Source: Histomonas meleagridis 2922-C6/04-290x
Taxonomy: Eukaryota > Protista > Parabasalia
Length of the DNA stretch: 64,000 nucleotides
Reading direction: 5' to 3'
Assembly (NCBI GenBank): GCA_020184695.1
Contig: JAANOX010000035.1
Location: 1 to 64,000 of the forward strand
Shown: one piece after another, positions 42,222 to 52,558 of the stretch
Layout: the number at the start of each line of letters is the position of its first letter
Numbering within the stretch: position 1 is the first letter of the stretch
Program-made: the position numbers and the translations under genes
Notes under the pieces: model-generated
The model's input: the letters and a program-made list of their open reading frames with translations, nothing else
The model's database searches: none
What the model was told of the DNA's origin: nothing

Positions 42222-43979
42222 TTATTCATCAAAACAATGAACAATAAATTCGGCAATTCTCCAACAAGCCGGTGACATATCGTTTGTATCTGCCATTAAG
42301 TTTTTATAATTTGACACGAATTCATTTTTCTTGTCTGCTATCAATTCCAACAATTCTTCCAATGATTCCATTGTCTCTAATTCCGTAGGTACTTTATAAT
42401 GTATTTCTTTACCATCTAACTCCGGTATTTCCATCACAAAGTTATATATCCGACATAACATTACTCGAATGTTTTTCTCAGTTTGTGGATCGAAATCAAA
42501 TTGGTTTTCAAGTGTTTCCAAGTTCATTAACGCTTGTAATATTTGCGCAAATGGTATTAACGTTAATGATTTATCCGATTGTAATATCATATCAGGCTCG
42601 AATGAGCTCGGGCTTAATAATGATGCCGTCATGAACCTTAAGCAAAAGAATCCGCATAAGATATTAAAGACTGCTCGACGCGTTTGGAATCGCGCAAGTA
42701 ATCCCATCTTAAGGACATGTGCCATATGGCGCATTTCGATTGGAACGAACTGTATTGATGTGACAATTTTCTCTAATGACGCTAAAAGTATTTTCGAAAG
42801 TTTCGGAAGATCCAAATTAGGTGATCCGCTTTTCCATCCGATATCTCCTGCTGAATCGATGATGAAACAAATTGGCTTAATTACATTATTAAAATAATTT
42901 GCGCCAAAATTCTCTGAGTAATACTTAAATAACGTAGTTAGATGTGAATTAGCTCGAAGTACTGTGTTTTGTGTTAAGCTTTCATTAGTAAATTCAAGAC
43001 CTGCAAACGCGGTGAGTAATCGTTGCATATGACCATGATAACTAAAGACTCGGACTAAGTGTGGTATGTATTGCTTACCTCGCATAATACTCATCACATT
43101 GTAACTTAAGATGGATCGTAACACATACATATCAGTGGAGACAAGTGCCTCGGAAAAGGCTTTTAAAACAATGGTGGGATATGGCTTATGGAATGGTACA
43201 AGTGTATGTGGAAATGGAGGCGGATTTATGAGATTGATGGAGAAATTTTCTGCACTAGCTTGGGAATCAAAAACTAATTTGATGGTGTTTTTAGGATCGT
43301 CGATTGACGTAACTGATACAACTTCGTGTATAACTTGTTCAACTGCTGGTGATGGAACAGTTGCATCATCAAAATTATGATGAATACCTTGAACATGTAA
43401 AACTTTGTTGTTGTCATATAAAAGCCATGACGGATTTTTATGCTTGCGGAAAAGTCCTTTTAGATATGCTCCATCAAGATACATAAGATGAGAATTATGT
43501 ACAGTTGGATAATTATGCCAATCTGAGGGTACTATAAGCTTAGTAATCCAGGATAAAAAGACTGGACTGCCATGAAGATCTCGAAAAATTAAAGCAATGG
43601 CAACAAAAACATTACAAATTTCTCGTGGCATAAGCATAAGAATATCAGCTGGTTGAATAACAGTGGTATCAAAAATATCTTGGATTAAATCAGGAATATG
43701 AAGATTTGAAACTATTTTTGCAAAATATTCTGCAGGTTTTGGCAATTCCCCTTCAATTTTATCTTTGAACTCAAAGCATGACACAAGTGCAGATTTTAGT
43801 TCTGCCAAGCTCGAATAAGGAGGATTTTGTTCATTTTCAAAAAATCCTGTTTCAGCTGGCTTTAAAAATGGCTTGATAGCTGGTGAAAGTTGTTTAAATG
43901 ACATTGAAGGAAGGTTCAGAATGGATTGAATATCCTCCAATTTTGGATTTGGACCAAAATAGAGTTCGTGATGTTTCAT
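42222..43979 (-). CDS. RasGAP domain protein
   Basis: VLRANSHLTTLF (arginine finger), FFCLRFMTASLLSP signature, AQILQALMN. Confidence 0.85.
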   Translation of the reverse strand: MKHHELYFGPNPKLEDIQSILNLPSMSFKQLSPAIKPFLKPAETGFFENEQNPPYSSLAELKSALVSCFEFKDKIEGELPKPAEYFAKIVSNLHIPDLIQDIFDTTVIQPADILMLMPREICNVFVAIALIFRDLHGSPVFLSWITKLIVPSDWHNYPTVHNSHLMYLDGAYLKGLFRKHKNPSWLLYDNNKVLHVQGIHHNFDDATVPSPAVEQVIHEVVSVTSIDDPKNTIKLVFDSQASAENFSINLINPPPFPHTLVPFHKPYPTIVLKAFSEALVSTDMYVLRSILSYNVMSIMRGKQYIPHLVRVFSYHGHMQRLLTAFAGLEFTNESLTQNTVLRANSHLTTLFKYYSENFGANYFNNVIKPICFIIDSAGDIGWKSGSPNLDLPKLSKILLASLEKIVTSIQFVPIEMRHMAHVLKMGLLARFQTRRAVFNILCGFFCLRFMTASLLSPSSFEPDMILQSDKSLTLIPFAQILQALMNLETLENQFDFDPQTEKNIRVMLCRIYNFVMEIPELDGKEIHYKVPTELETMESLEELLELIADKKNEFVSNYKNLMADTNDMSPACWRIAEFIVHCFDE

Positions 43980-44229
43980 CACCTTTGTGTAACCGTCTTG
44001 CGGAATGTGGTAAAAAAATTGAACTTCAAAATTGACTCAAACAACAAATAATTCAATGAAAAGTGCAGGTGGTGGCACTGATAATTCTAAAAAATTGCAT
44101 GTTGATAGAACGATGATGATTTTTCAGGTAAAATCGATAATCTTCACAGATTAACCACTGTTCTATCGATCTATATAAAGAATTGTATGCGATCATTCAA
44201 TTTAATACGTTGAATACTTTATAAAATTA

Positions 44230-44808
44230 ATGCTAACTCTTCTCTTTGTTTTTTCGAATTCTATGATTGGAAAAATAATTATAGACGAACCTCAAATTTT
44301 ACCATGCACTAATGGTAGTTGTCAGCCGTACAAATCTCCACATTACTCTCTAATCAATAATACCTTTGAAATTGAAGGCGAGGAATCAAATTTTTATGTT
44401 CTTACATACAGAGATAATACTGGATATATCAGTAAAGAATCTGTAGAAGTTATTGATAAAGATTATAATAGTAACTCAACAATAGGACAGATAATTGCTA
44501 CAGAAGCACTTTCTCATAATGGAAAGTTATCAGATCTAGGTCCAGCTGGCTTTACTAAGAGGTGCCATAAGAAAGCTGAAATATCTATAACTTCAACAGT
44601 GTCTGCACAATCTGATGATACAAATGGCATAAAAATTTCCCGTGATTTTCTCAAACCTGGTGATAATTGCATCTTCACTTTTGGAGGACAACATTGTGGA
44701 ATATATGTTGGTGGAAATGCTATTATTCACATTCCATCTCTTCAAGATTATGTATCGAAGGTATCACCGACTTATGTTCGCGAACTCTATGCACGTAGGC
44801 ATTTTTAA
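44230..44808 (+). CDS. Secreted SH3b + NlpC/P60-like protein of bacterial-type origin, lacking the catalytic DCSG motif
   Basis: Signal peptide; FYVLTYRDNTGYISKESV (SH3b-like); LKPGD...HCGIYVGGNAIIH (NlpC/P60 C-terminal half). Confidence 0.8.
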   Translation: MLTLLFVFSNSMIGKIIIDEPQILPCTNGSCQPYKSPHYSLINNTFEIEGEESNFYVLTYRDNTGYISKESVEVIDKDYNSNSTIGQIIATEALSHNGKLSDLGPAGFTKRCHKKAEISITSTVSAQSDDTNGIKISRDFLKPGDNCIFTFGGQHCGIYVGGNAIIHIPSLQDYVSKVSPTYVRELYARRHF

Positions 44809-45246
44809 ACGTAATTGTATTGAAATATTTTATTCTTGAACTTAAAAATCAATTCCAAACAGTCAAAATCCATTTAACGATTAAAATGCAAATAAAAAGC
44901 TCATTTTTATTCGGTTATTTCAGCGAAAAACTCTAAATAGAGTGTTTAATAACTTCGAAAACAAAACAAGAAAAACCCAATTAATCAATTCACAAACAAG
45001 GGATTAACCAAAAGAACCAATCAATTATAATTAACATGATATATTCCATTGAAGAATTTCCACAATGAAAAAATCATTAAAGATCGAACCATACATTAAT
45101 GAACCAAATTTACTGGTGGTTTGAAGTATTTAGAGGATTGCATGATGAAATTTGAATTTTAAAAGCAATTAAAAATATTTTTGATAAGTTCCATTTAATA
45201 AACTTGTTGTGATCATTTTTAAAAGTGAAAAAGAGCAGGCACGTTA

Positions 45247-45990
45247 TCACTCCAATGGATGCGATGCAGATGCAGCCAACGATACCATGGCATTTCCGTT
45301 ATTTACATCCATTTCAGTTACATCTTTTTCGTTTTTCGTTTTATCATAAGCACCTTTTCTTTGATTCTTCTCGAGATATGCGCCTAATTCTTTAATAGCT
45401 TGGCCTACAAAATTTAGGCTATTTTGTGACAGTAAATAGTAGTCATCACTTGTCCACGAGTATATAGATTGTACTTTACCCAAAAGCTGACCAACAGTCA
45501 TTGGATTTTTTACGTGACATTCTATTAATTCTGTTCCTTTTGATTTGCTTCGATACGCTATTTATTGTTCTTTTGTAACTACTGCAAATCTAAGACCATT
45601 TTCTTCTTCATTTAAGTAATAAACACGACTATGATATTCTCCTGCACGATGTTTATCATAAGTCCCAAATTCGATCAATACTCCGATGTCCGGATTTAAT
45701 GAATAATACGTAAATATGCTTTGCATGAAAAATAAACATGTGTTTGCTTTTAATTGTGCACGAATGGGACGAATGGCGTTCGAGATGTTATGACCTTCTT
45801 CCCATATAATCGGTTCCAATGCTATATCTACCATGTTTACAAAAAGATTTAAACATTGTTCACGATCATGTGGTAAATTAGGATCTGGGTAATTTGGATC
45901 TTTAGAACCTGATTCATATGATGCATTGTATAATGTACCGCTTACACCATAACCAATTTTTTGGAAAATTGTTTTTGCAATTGATTGCAT
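45247..45990 (-). pseudogene. Permuted papain-like (PPPDE-like) gene with in-frame TAA at 45562-45564
   Basis: Two same-frame ORFs join as ...VVTKEQ*IAYRSK...; YYLLSQNSLNFV resembles the YxLxxxNCxxF motif with Cys replaced by Ser. Family call is tentative. Confidence 0.45.
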
Positions 45991-46534
45991 ATATAAAAAA
46001 ATGCCAAAAACCGATAAAAAGTACGATAGATTTGTTTTCTGGCTTTTACTGTTGATTATAATCGTACCTCACAACCACAATATGGCCATATAGTGAATTC
46101 ACTTTCTTTTATGTTTTGGATGAAAACATTATTACCCTCACTTAATTTAAATAAAGTGTGCATCACATGTGTTTAGAACCTTTTGTTTATAAGATATTAA
46201 AACCTCTTTTTAATAAAAAATTAGAGAAAGTTTTTGACCATAGAAAAAAATATTTTTCCATACAATTCAAAAATGGAGTAAACTATACATTTTTTTCACA
46301 GAAAAGCTGATTAAAACAAAGCCAAAAAGTTGACAAAATCCGCTTCAACAGTTTTTTGCCTTCATTCCATATCAAGCATATTTAAAAACATTATCTACGC
46401 GTAAATTCTACGATCCAATGAATATTCTATAAGAAATGAATCAAATAAATGTAATGTATAACATAAAAAACAGTTTCCGAAATCACCGATTTTTTACTAT
46501 ATCTTTAAAATTTATTACACTGAATGAACTTCTT

Positions 46535-48691
46535 TTAAAGCAAATCATTTTCGTCTCGAGCACGCGCGCTTTCCTTATCAGCCTTTTCTTGTTTATTTTC
46601 ATCATCCAAATCGTCGACGTTTATATTATTTTCAATTTGTTCTTTTTTCTTTTTCTTTATTAATATTATTACGATGACAACAATAATAATCAAAGCAACA
46701 ACAGCGCAACAAATAATTGCAGCCAACTCTCCTTGCGACAACGGATCATTTGAATGTGATTGCGTTAAATATGAAAATGTGTTTGAGTCACCAAATGTAT
46801 TTGAGAAACCAAATGTATTTGAATTGGAATAAGTATTCGATTGTGAAAAAGGTAAAGTAAAAGGCAAATCTTTAGTGTGGCATTCATATGAATTATATGT
46901 AACATTAAACATTCCAAATTTTTGACTTGAATAAATTCCATTAACTAAAACTTCATTAACATCCACAATTGAAAACGCCTCTTTTCCGATTTTGGGCTCA
47001 TTTTCACCAGCGAAGCAAAGGCACTTTAGCTTCGGGCAATTAAAAAATGAATAGTCACCGATTTCTGTTATGTTATTTCCAAGGATAACAATTTCTAAAT
47101 TAAAACAATTCGAAAATGAACAAATTCCAATTGATTTAACTTTAGACGGAATAATAATTTCTGTAATTGAACAATTATAAAATGCAAATTGATTAATTTC
47201 TTTTAAATTTTCAGTAAGAATTACTTCAAAGTTTTGATTACAATAAGCAAAAGCAAATTCATTAATTGTTTCGATATTTTCACCAATTTTAATACTTGTT
47301 AAAGAAGAATATGAAAATGCAAAACTATTAATTGTTGTAACAGAATTAGGGAAATTAATTGTATTTAATTTAGATGAATAAAATGCATAATCATCAATGA
47401 TTTGAGTGGAATCTTGAACATTTAAATCAGTTTTATTAATTGGAAAACATATTAATTTGGAATAACTTTTGTCATATAGAATTCCATCATTCGAATTGAA
47501 ATTAGAATTATCTGTTTCGACATTGATCAACACTAAATATGGACAATTTGCAAACGCTGCTTTTCCAATTGTTTCGACTTTTGTTGGAATTGTTACTTCT
47601 TGTAAATAAGAACCGAAAAATGCAAAATTTCCAATTGTTTTTAGATTCTTCCCAAATGTAATTGAAAAATATTTGTTTCTACGTTGGTAATTACAATACG
47701 CAAATGAATAATCTTCAATTGTTATAACACTATCACTTAAATTAATAAATTTCATTTCGGAATTCCCATAAAAAGAATAACTACCAATTGTACTAATTCC
47801 ACTTGTAATTGTGACATTGTCATTCTCATCTATGAGTGAACCAGATTGTATAAGAATTGAAACATTATTATCATAAAGGCCATTTAATTCGCCGCTTTTA
47901 AAATTCGAATTTAAATCGGATGTTGAAAATCTTTTTAACTTTGGACAATTCGCAAATGCTCCATTTCCAATAACTTTAACATTTCCTGGAATTGTCATTT
48001 CAATTAAACCGCTTCCGAAAAAAGAAAATTTTCCGATTTCTCGTAAGCTACTCTTAGAATCCTGTGTATATAAAAAATATCCCAAATTATTACAATATGC
48101 AAATGCATAGTCACCAACTACTTCAAAGTTGTTTCCAACAATAATGCTTTTTATGTTCGAGTTAGCATAAAAAGCATAACTTGAAATACTTATGATGCTG
48201 CTTAAGAGTTCTTGGCTGTTAATGTTAATACCAGATGGCCAGCATATAAGAACTGACTTGTTATGGTTATAAAGAACATTGTCTTCAATGCTATAGATTG
48301 GATTATTTGGTGCTGAAATCAAACTTAAGTTTGTACAATTGGCAAATGCTGCAGTTCCAATTGAATAAATTGATGATGGGATAACAATTTCATTGAGCCC
48401 ACAACCAAAAAATGCAAAATTACCAATTGTAGCCACATTACTTCCTATAATCACATTTTGAAGATTTGAACAAAAGCAAAATGCATACTCACCAATTGAT
48501 ACTACCGAGCTTCCAATGCTAACACTTTTGAGTAATTCCCAGTTGAAAAAAGATTTATTAGGAATTTCTTGAACTGGTTCATTAATCAAAATTGATTCTG
48601 TCACGTATTTGTACTCTTGCAAAAATCCATCATCATTTTCAATAACAAGTGTTTGGGCATTGAGAAATAATGGTAGAATGAAGAAAAACAT
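46535..48691 (-). CDS. Large BspA-like (LRR_5) surface protein with SNTF-repeat stalk, TM and acidic dileucine tail
   Basis: Many IGNFAFFG/IGxxAFANC repeats, FSQSNTYSNSNTFGFSNTF, TM helix, terminal DENDLL; probable start at the second ATG (48691, MFFFILPLFLNA). Confidence 0.92.
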   Translation of the reverse strand: MFFFILPLFLNAQTLVIENDDGFLQEYKYVTESILINEPVQEIPNKSFFNWELLKSVSIGSSVVSIGEYAFCFCSNLQNVIIGSNVATIGNFAFFGCGLNEIVIPSSIYSIGTAAFANCTNLSLISAPNNPIYSIEDNVLYNHNKSVLICWPSGININSQELLSSIISISSYAFYANSNIKSIIVGNNFEVVGDYAFAYCNNLGYFLYTQDSKSSLREIGKFSFFGSGLIEMTIPGNVKVIGNGAFANCPKLKRFSTSDLNSNFKSGELNGLYDNNVSILIQSGSLIDENDNVTITSGISTIGSYSFYGNSEMKFINLSDSVITIEDYSFAYCNYQRRNKYFSITFGKNLKTIGNFAFFGSYLQEVTIPTKVETIGKAAFANCPYLVLINVETDNSNFNSNDGILYDKSYSKLICFPINKTDLNVQDSTQIIDDYAFYSSKLNTINFPNSVTTINSFAFSYSSLTSIKIGENIETINEFAFAYCNQNFEVILTENLKEINQFAFYNCSITEIIIPSKVKSIGICSFSNCFNLEIVILGNNITEIGDYSFFNCPKLKCLCFAGENEPKIGKEAFSIVDVNEVLVNGIYSSQKFGMFNVTYNSYECHTKDLPFTLPFSQSNTYSNSNTFGFSNTFGDSNTFSYLTQSHSNDPLSQGELAAIICCAVVALIIIVVIVIILIKKKKKEQIENNINVDDLDDENKQEKADKESARARDENDLL

Positions 48692-48953
48692 GAATTCTGT
48701 TTGCAAACAAGAAATCAAGTTTTGAGAGCATTCCGTTACAAACATAGAAAAAGTTTCTCATAAAACAGGGGGGCTGACACTTTTTAAATGAAAATATCTC
48801 ATTTTATAATCATTTATTATTCTTTAATATAGATTATTTGGAATGAAATTACAATGTATAATATTATATTAAAATTAAAGGTCTTTTATTTCACTTTTTT
48901 CAGATGAAATTTTTGCGAAATTTGAAAACCCTTTTTTTTGTTGATTGGTCAAC

Positions 48954-50403
48954 TTACTTTTTATATGCTGAAAGAAGTTTAGCTATATCAGTTTTAACAT
49001 CAAAAGCTGCCAAATTAAGTGCTGTTTGAAATAAATGAAATAATTTCCAAATATTATTTAGAAATATAAAATTATTAAAATAAATTTTAAATAAAACAAA
49101 TAATTATTTTTAGCATTAATATCAATTCCTTCTTGTTCAAGAAGTAATTTAATTATTTCTATATTACCATTAGAAGATGCTGACATAAGTGCTGTTTTAA
49201 ATATTTTTAATAATTACCATTTATTATTTTATAACAAAAAATTATTAAAACAAATTATAAACAAAGTAAATCAACATTTTGTGCATTAATTTCAATTCCT
49301 TTCTTTTTAAGAAGATATTTAACAAGTTCAATATTTTTTGATTCTGCTGCGCATACTAAAATATCATATGGCATTTTGTTTACTTTAATAAAATGTTTTA
49401 CTAAATAGAAATTCCCAATACTTGCAAGAATATCAATAATTCTATCACTAATTTTTACTCCTTTTTCTTGCAAAAAGGCAAAAATTTCATTATTCCCATT
49501 CATAATACTTAAAATAACTAAATCTTTTCTGCTTCTAAATTCAACAATTTCATTTTCATAAAGATATTTAAAGACGTCATTTTTATATAAAATAATAGCT
49601 GTTTCATATGCATCAATAAATGATGAGTGATTTTGTTCACATAAATGAATTATCTCAATGTTACCACCAGCAACAGCAAATTTACCAGTGTCGTCTATTT
49701 TAGAGCCATTCATAAGTAAATATTTAAAACATTTTATTGCAGCAAAAAATGCTGCATAATCAATTAATGTAACATATTGTTCATTAAGAAATAGACATCT
49801 TTCATAAATCGATGGTTTAATTAATTGATTAAAATCAAAATTATTTTGTGATGATATTTCTTGAAGTTTTTCGATGTCATCATTTCGAATTATTTTAGCA
49901 ATTTCACTTGGGTTATGTCCTTCTTTTATATATTTCTTATGAAGTGCCCAATCATTCTTTGATAGTTCTTGAAAATTATCAAAAATTTCCTTAAATTCAT
50001 ATCTGTTTTTATATTTTTGTATTTCTGTTTTAGACATATATTGGAAAAGATATGGATTTTCTTTTAGAATTTTTGGATCACCCAATTTTTCTTCATACAT
50101 TCTCATAAATGGATAATACATCGTATTATCATTGTTAGAAATAAGTACTATTGAAAAAACGTCTGAAATTTTGGAACTGATATTATTTTTTTCTTGAAAT
50201 GATTCAATTTCTTTCATAAAATTCAAATATACATCAAAATCAATTGACGTTGCACAAAGAATTGAAATCATATAGGAAATAACTTGGTTAAAAGAAAATG
50301 GATGTTTATAATCAAATATTTTAATAATTGAATTTATTGATTTAGAAATGTTTTCTTTATTTAAGCCAGTAACTATTTGATGGATTGTTTGAATAATTTC
50401 CAT
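48954..50403 (-). CDS. DUF3447-type ankyrin repeat gene with two spacer-interrupted C-terminal ANK modules
   Basis: Paralogue of the 15682 gene. Modules TALMSASSNGNIEIIKLLLEQEGIDINAK (49195-49109) and TALNLAAFDVKTDIAKLLSAYKK-TAA (49025-48954) lie beyond the ORF-track stop at 49255; spacers 49196-49278 and 49026-49108. Confidence 0.85.
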
Positions 50404-50584
50404 TTCATTTAGTTATGGAGCTTGATTGTTTGCTGATTTCATTTGCCTCTTATATCGGTTTTGCCAAAAAACAGAAATTTGTCAAATGACAATACACGTG
50501 GAAACCGTTTATCTTGATTAAGATAGTAATTATTTAAAAATTGACATCCTTCAATTCCAAATATATATGAAAAAACTTAACTTA

Positions 50585-50704
50585 AGGATCCGAATAACTA
50601 TGTTTTCACTAGCTGTGGTGGTAGCTAGACTCTTAATATTGACAATAAACCCATCAAGAGAAGAGAGATTTTTTCTTGCAATGTTTCGGCATCCTGACGT
50701 TTTT
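50585..50704 (+). ncRNA. Candidate ~120-nt structured RNA (three-way junction, GNRA tetraloop, U-tract); family unassigned
   Basis: Closing stem AGGATCCGAA/TTCGG(C)ATCCT; hairpin CTAGCT..AGCTAG; 10-bp hairpin with GAGA loop; TTTTT at 50700-50704; ATATATAT about 20 nt upstream. Confidence 0.5.
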
Positions 50705-51080
50705 CTTTAACTGAATTTTTTTTTTTTGAAAACAAAGAAAATTTGGTCCCGCTTATAATATTATGTTATTTAAATAATTTAAATTCTAATGGAAAAATTT
50801 GAAATAGTGTTTACACAGAAAATTAAATTGTTTACAATATGCACATGTGACCTCTACATTATAGCTTCATCCTCTACTTTTGTACAGAAGATTTTGTTTG
50901 GTGAAAAAATGGGTATACCGATGAACCCAGAAATACGATAGAAAATTCAATATAGTTACATTGAAATCGAATTGTTTGTCTTGGAAACGTTAAAATTTTA
51001 CTTCGAAATAAAATGACCAAACAAATCAATTTTTAAATTCAATACTTTATCGTCTGAATACCACATTCGACTCAAAAGTG

Positions 51081-51088
51081 TCACTTTT
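51081..51088 (+). promoter_or_regulatory. Initiator element TCACTTTT
   Basis: Matches the trichomonad Inr TCA(+1)Y(T/A), 3 nt before ATG 51092. Confidence 0.7.
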
Positions 51089-51091
51089 ATT

Positions 51092-52366
51092 ATGCCGAAT
51101 TACTTATCTTATGCAGATTCATTTAAAGTAATTGAAAAGGCAAAATCAATTAATATAGCAATGCTAGAGACAACAGTCTCATCTTTCACAGAACTCGTTT
51201 CTTATCTAAATGAAAAATTTATTAAACCACTTTCTTCAATCAATTATAGCCTTCCAACAAAGAAGAAAAAGCGCCTTTTTGCTCGCTCGCGTGGTTCTTC
51301 TCCATTTGACAAAATGGAACCCATTTTTACAGATATTTGGAATAAAATAACATCACAATATTTGAATAAGCCATCAGATATCCAAAAAATTTGCAAAATT
51401 ATCAAAGAAGACATAATTAAACCACTCGAAGAAATCCGAAAAAGTTATGCAGAATCAATGAACACAATTGAAAAACTTATTACTGATGCAAAAAAGAAGT
51501 ATGTCTCAGAAGAAGCACATTATAAAAAAGCGCATTCCAAATATTATTCATTTTGTCAATCGATTCAAGATTGTCATGATAAAATTAATTCAGGAAAAGC
51601 GGATAACAAAACACGCGACAATTTTACTAGTCTGAAAAACGAATTTGGCAATGTGCAAAGTAATATCATACAGGAAAACACTAATTTTAATGATTCATAT
51701 TCACAATACATCATTATAATGGAAGAATGTCTCACAGAATTTGAGCGTGTTGATAAAGAGCGAGACTTTCGAATGAACCAAATCTTCGAAAACATTGTTA
51801 CCAAAATCGAAAAAATTTCGAGTGTCAAAACCTCCGAAGCCGAAACGATAGGACAAATTGTGAAAGAGATCGACGTTGGAGAAGCTAATGCTCTTTTAGC
51901 TGATAACAATCAAATTGATACCCAAGAGCCAGTCTTTGTTGACTTTGTACCTATTCCACTCTCGATCAAACTTACTGATTATTTGCAACCCGAAGTCATC
52001 TTCCAAAAAGAGCTGAAAGAATTCTATGCAATTGCCTCCACAAACAGTAACCCGACAGGTCCTGATGATATTTCGATCTCTAAAGGCGATCTCGTGAAAG
52101 TAATTGATTCCAGTTCGAAGTCAAACAAGTGGAAAGTGTTCGACGAAAAGCGAAATCGCATTGGTATGGTCGACATCGAGTGCCTGGAGAGGCATCCAGA
52201 GCTTGAGCCGAAGTTGGCGAGAACGAATTGCTCAATGACAGGCGCAATTCAATGCGAGCAAAACGATATAATACTGATAGAGAGAATCGAAGGAGAGTAC
52301 GGATATTGCATAGACATGTTCAACAGAAGAGGTTACGTTCTTATTGCAGATGTAACATTTTTATGA
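51092..52366 (+). CDS. F-BAR/coiled-coil protein with C-terminal SH3 domains
   Basis: Helical N-terminus (EDIIKPLEEIRK...FERVDKERDFRM); DISISKGDLVKVI..KWKV...IGMV and CEQNDIILIERIEGEYGYC..RGYV. Confidence 0.8.
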   Translation: MPNYLSYADSFKVIEKAKSINIAMLETTVSSFTELVSYLNEKFIKPLSSINYSLPTKKKKRLFARSRGSSPFDKMEPIFTDIWNKITSQYLNKPSDIQKICKIIKEDIIKPLEEIRKSYAESMNTIEKLITDAKKKYVSEEAHYKKAHSKYYSFCQSIQDCHDKINSGKADNKTRDNFTSLKNEFGNVQSNIIQENTNFNDSYSQYIIIMEECLTEFERVDKERDFRMNQIFENIVTKIEKISSVKTSEAETIGQIVKEIDVGEANALLADNNQIDTQEPVFVDFVPIPLSIKLTDYLQPEVIFQKELKEFYAIASTNSNPTGPDDISISKGDLVKVIDSSSKSNKWKVFDEKRNRIGMVDIECLERHPELEPKLARTNCSMTGAIQCEQNDIILIERIEGEYGYCIDMFNRRGYVLIADVTFL

Positions 52367-52558
52367 CCATGAGTAAAAACAATGAGTAGAAAATCGAATT
52401 ATAACTGCGAAATTTTATGTGTCTAATGTACTTTTTGTTGTGCCATTTATAAAAAAATATTTAATTTTCGCATCTTTCAAGAGATGTCTAGAAAAATATA
52501 AAACAATTTTTTATAAAAAGATTATCAAAATAATTATTAAATAAAGCAAATAAATAAA

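Noticed and set aside
50553-50564. ATATTTGGAATT box-like sequence upstream of the second ANK gene (minus strand)
   Set aside because: A short AT-rich match with no module 24 nt downstream.
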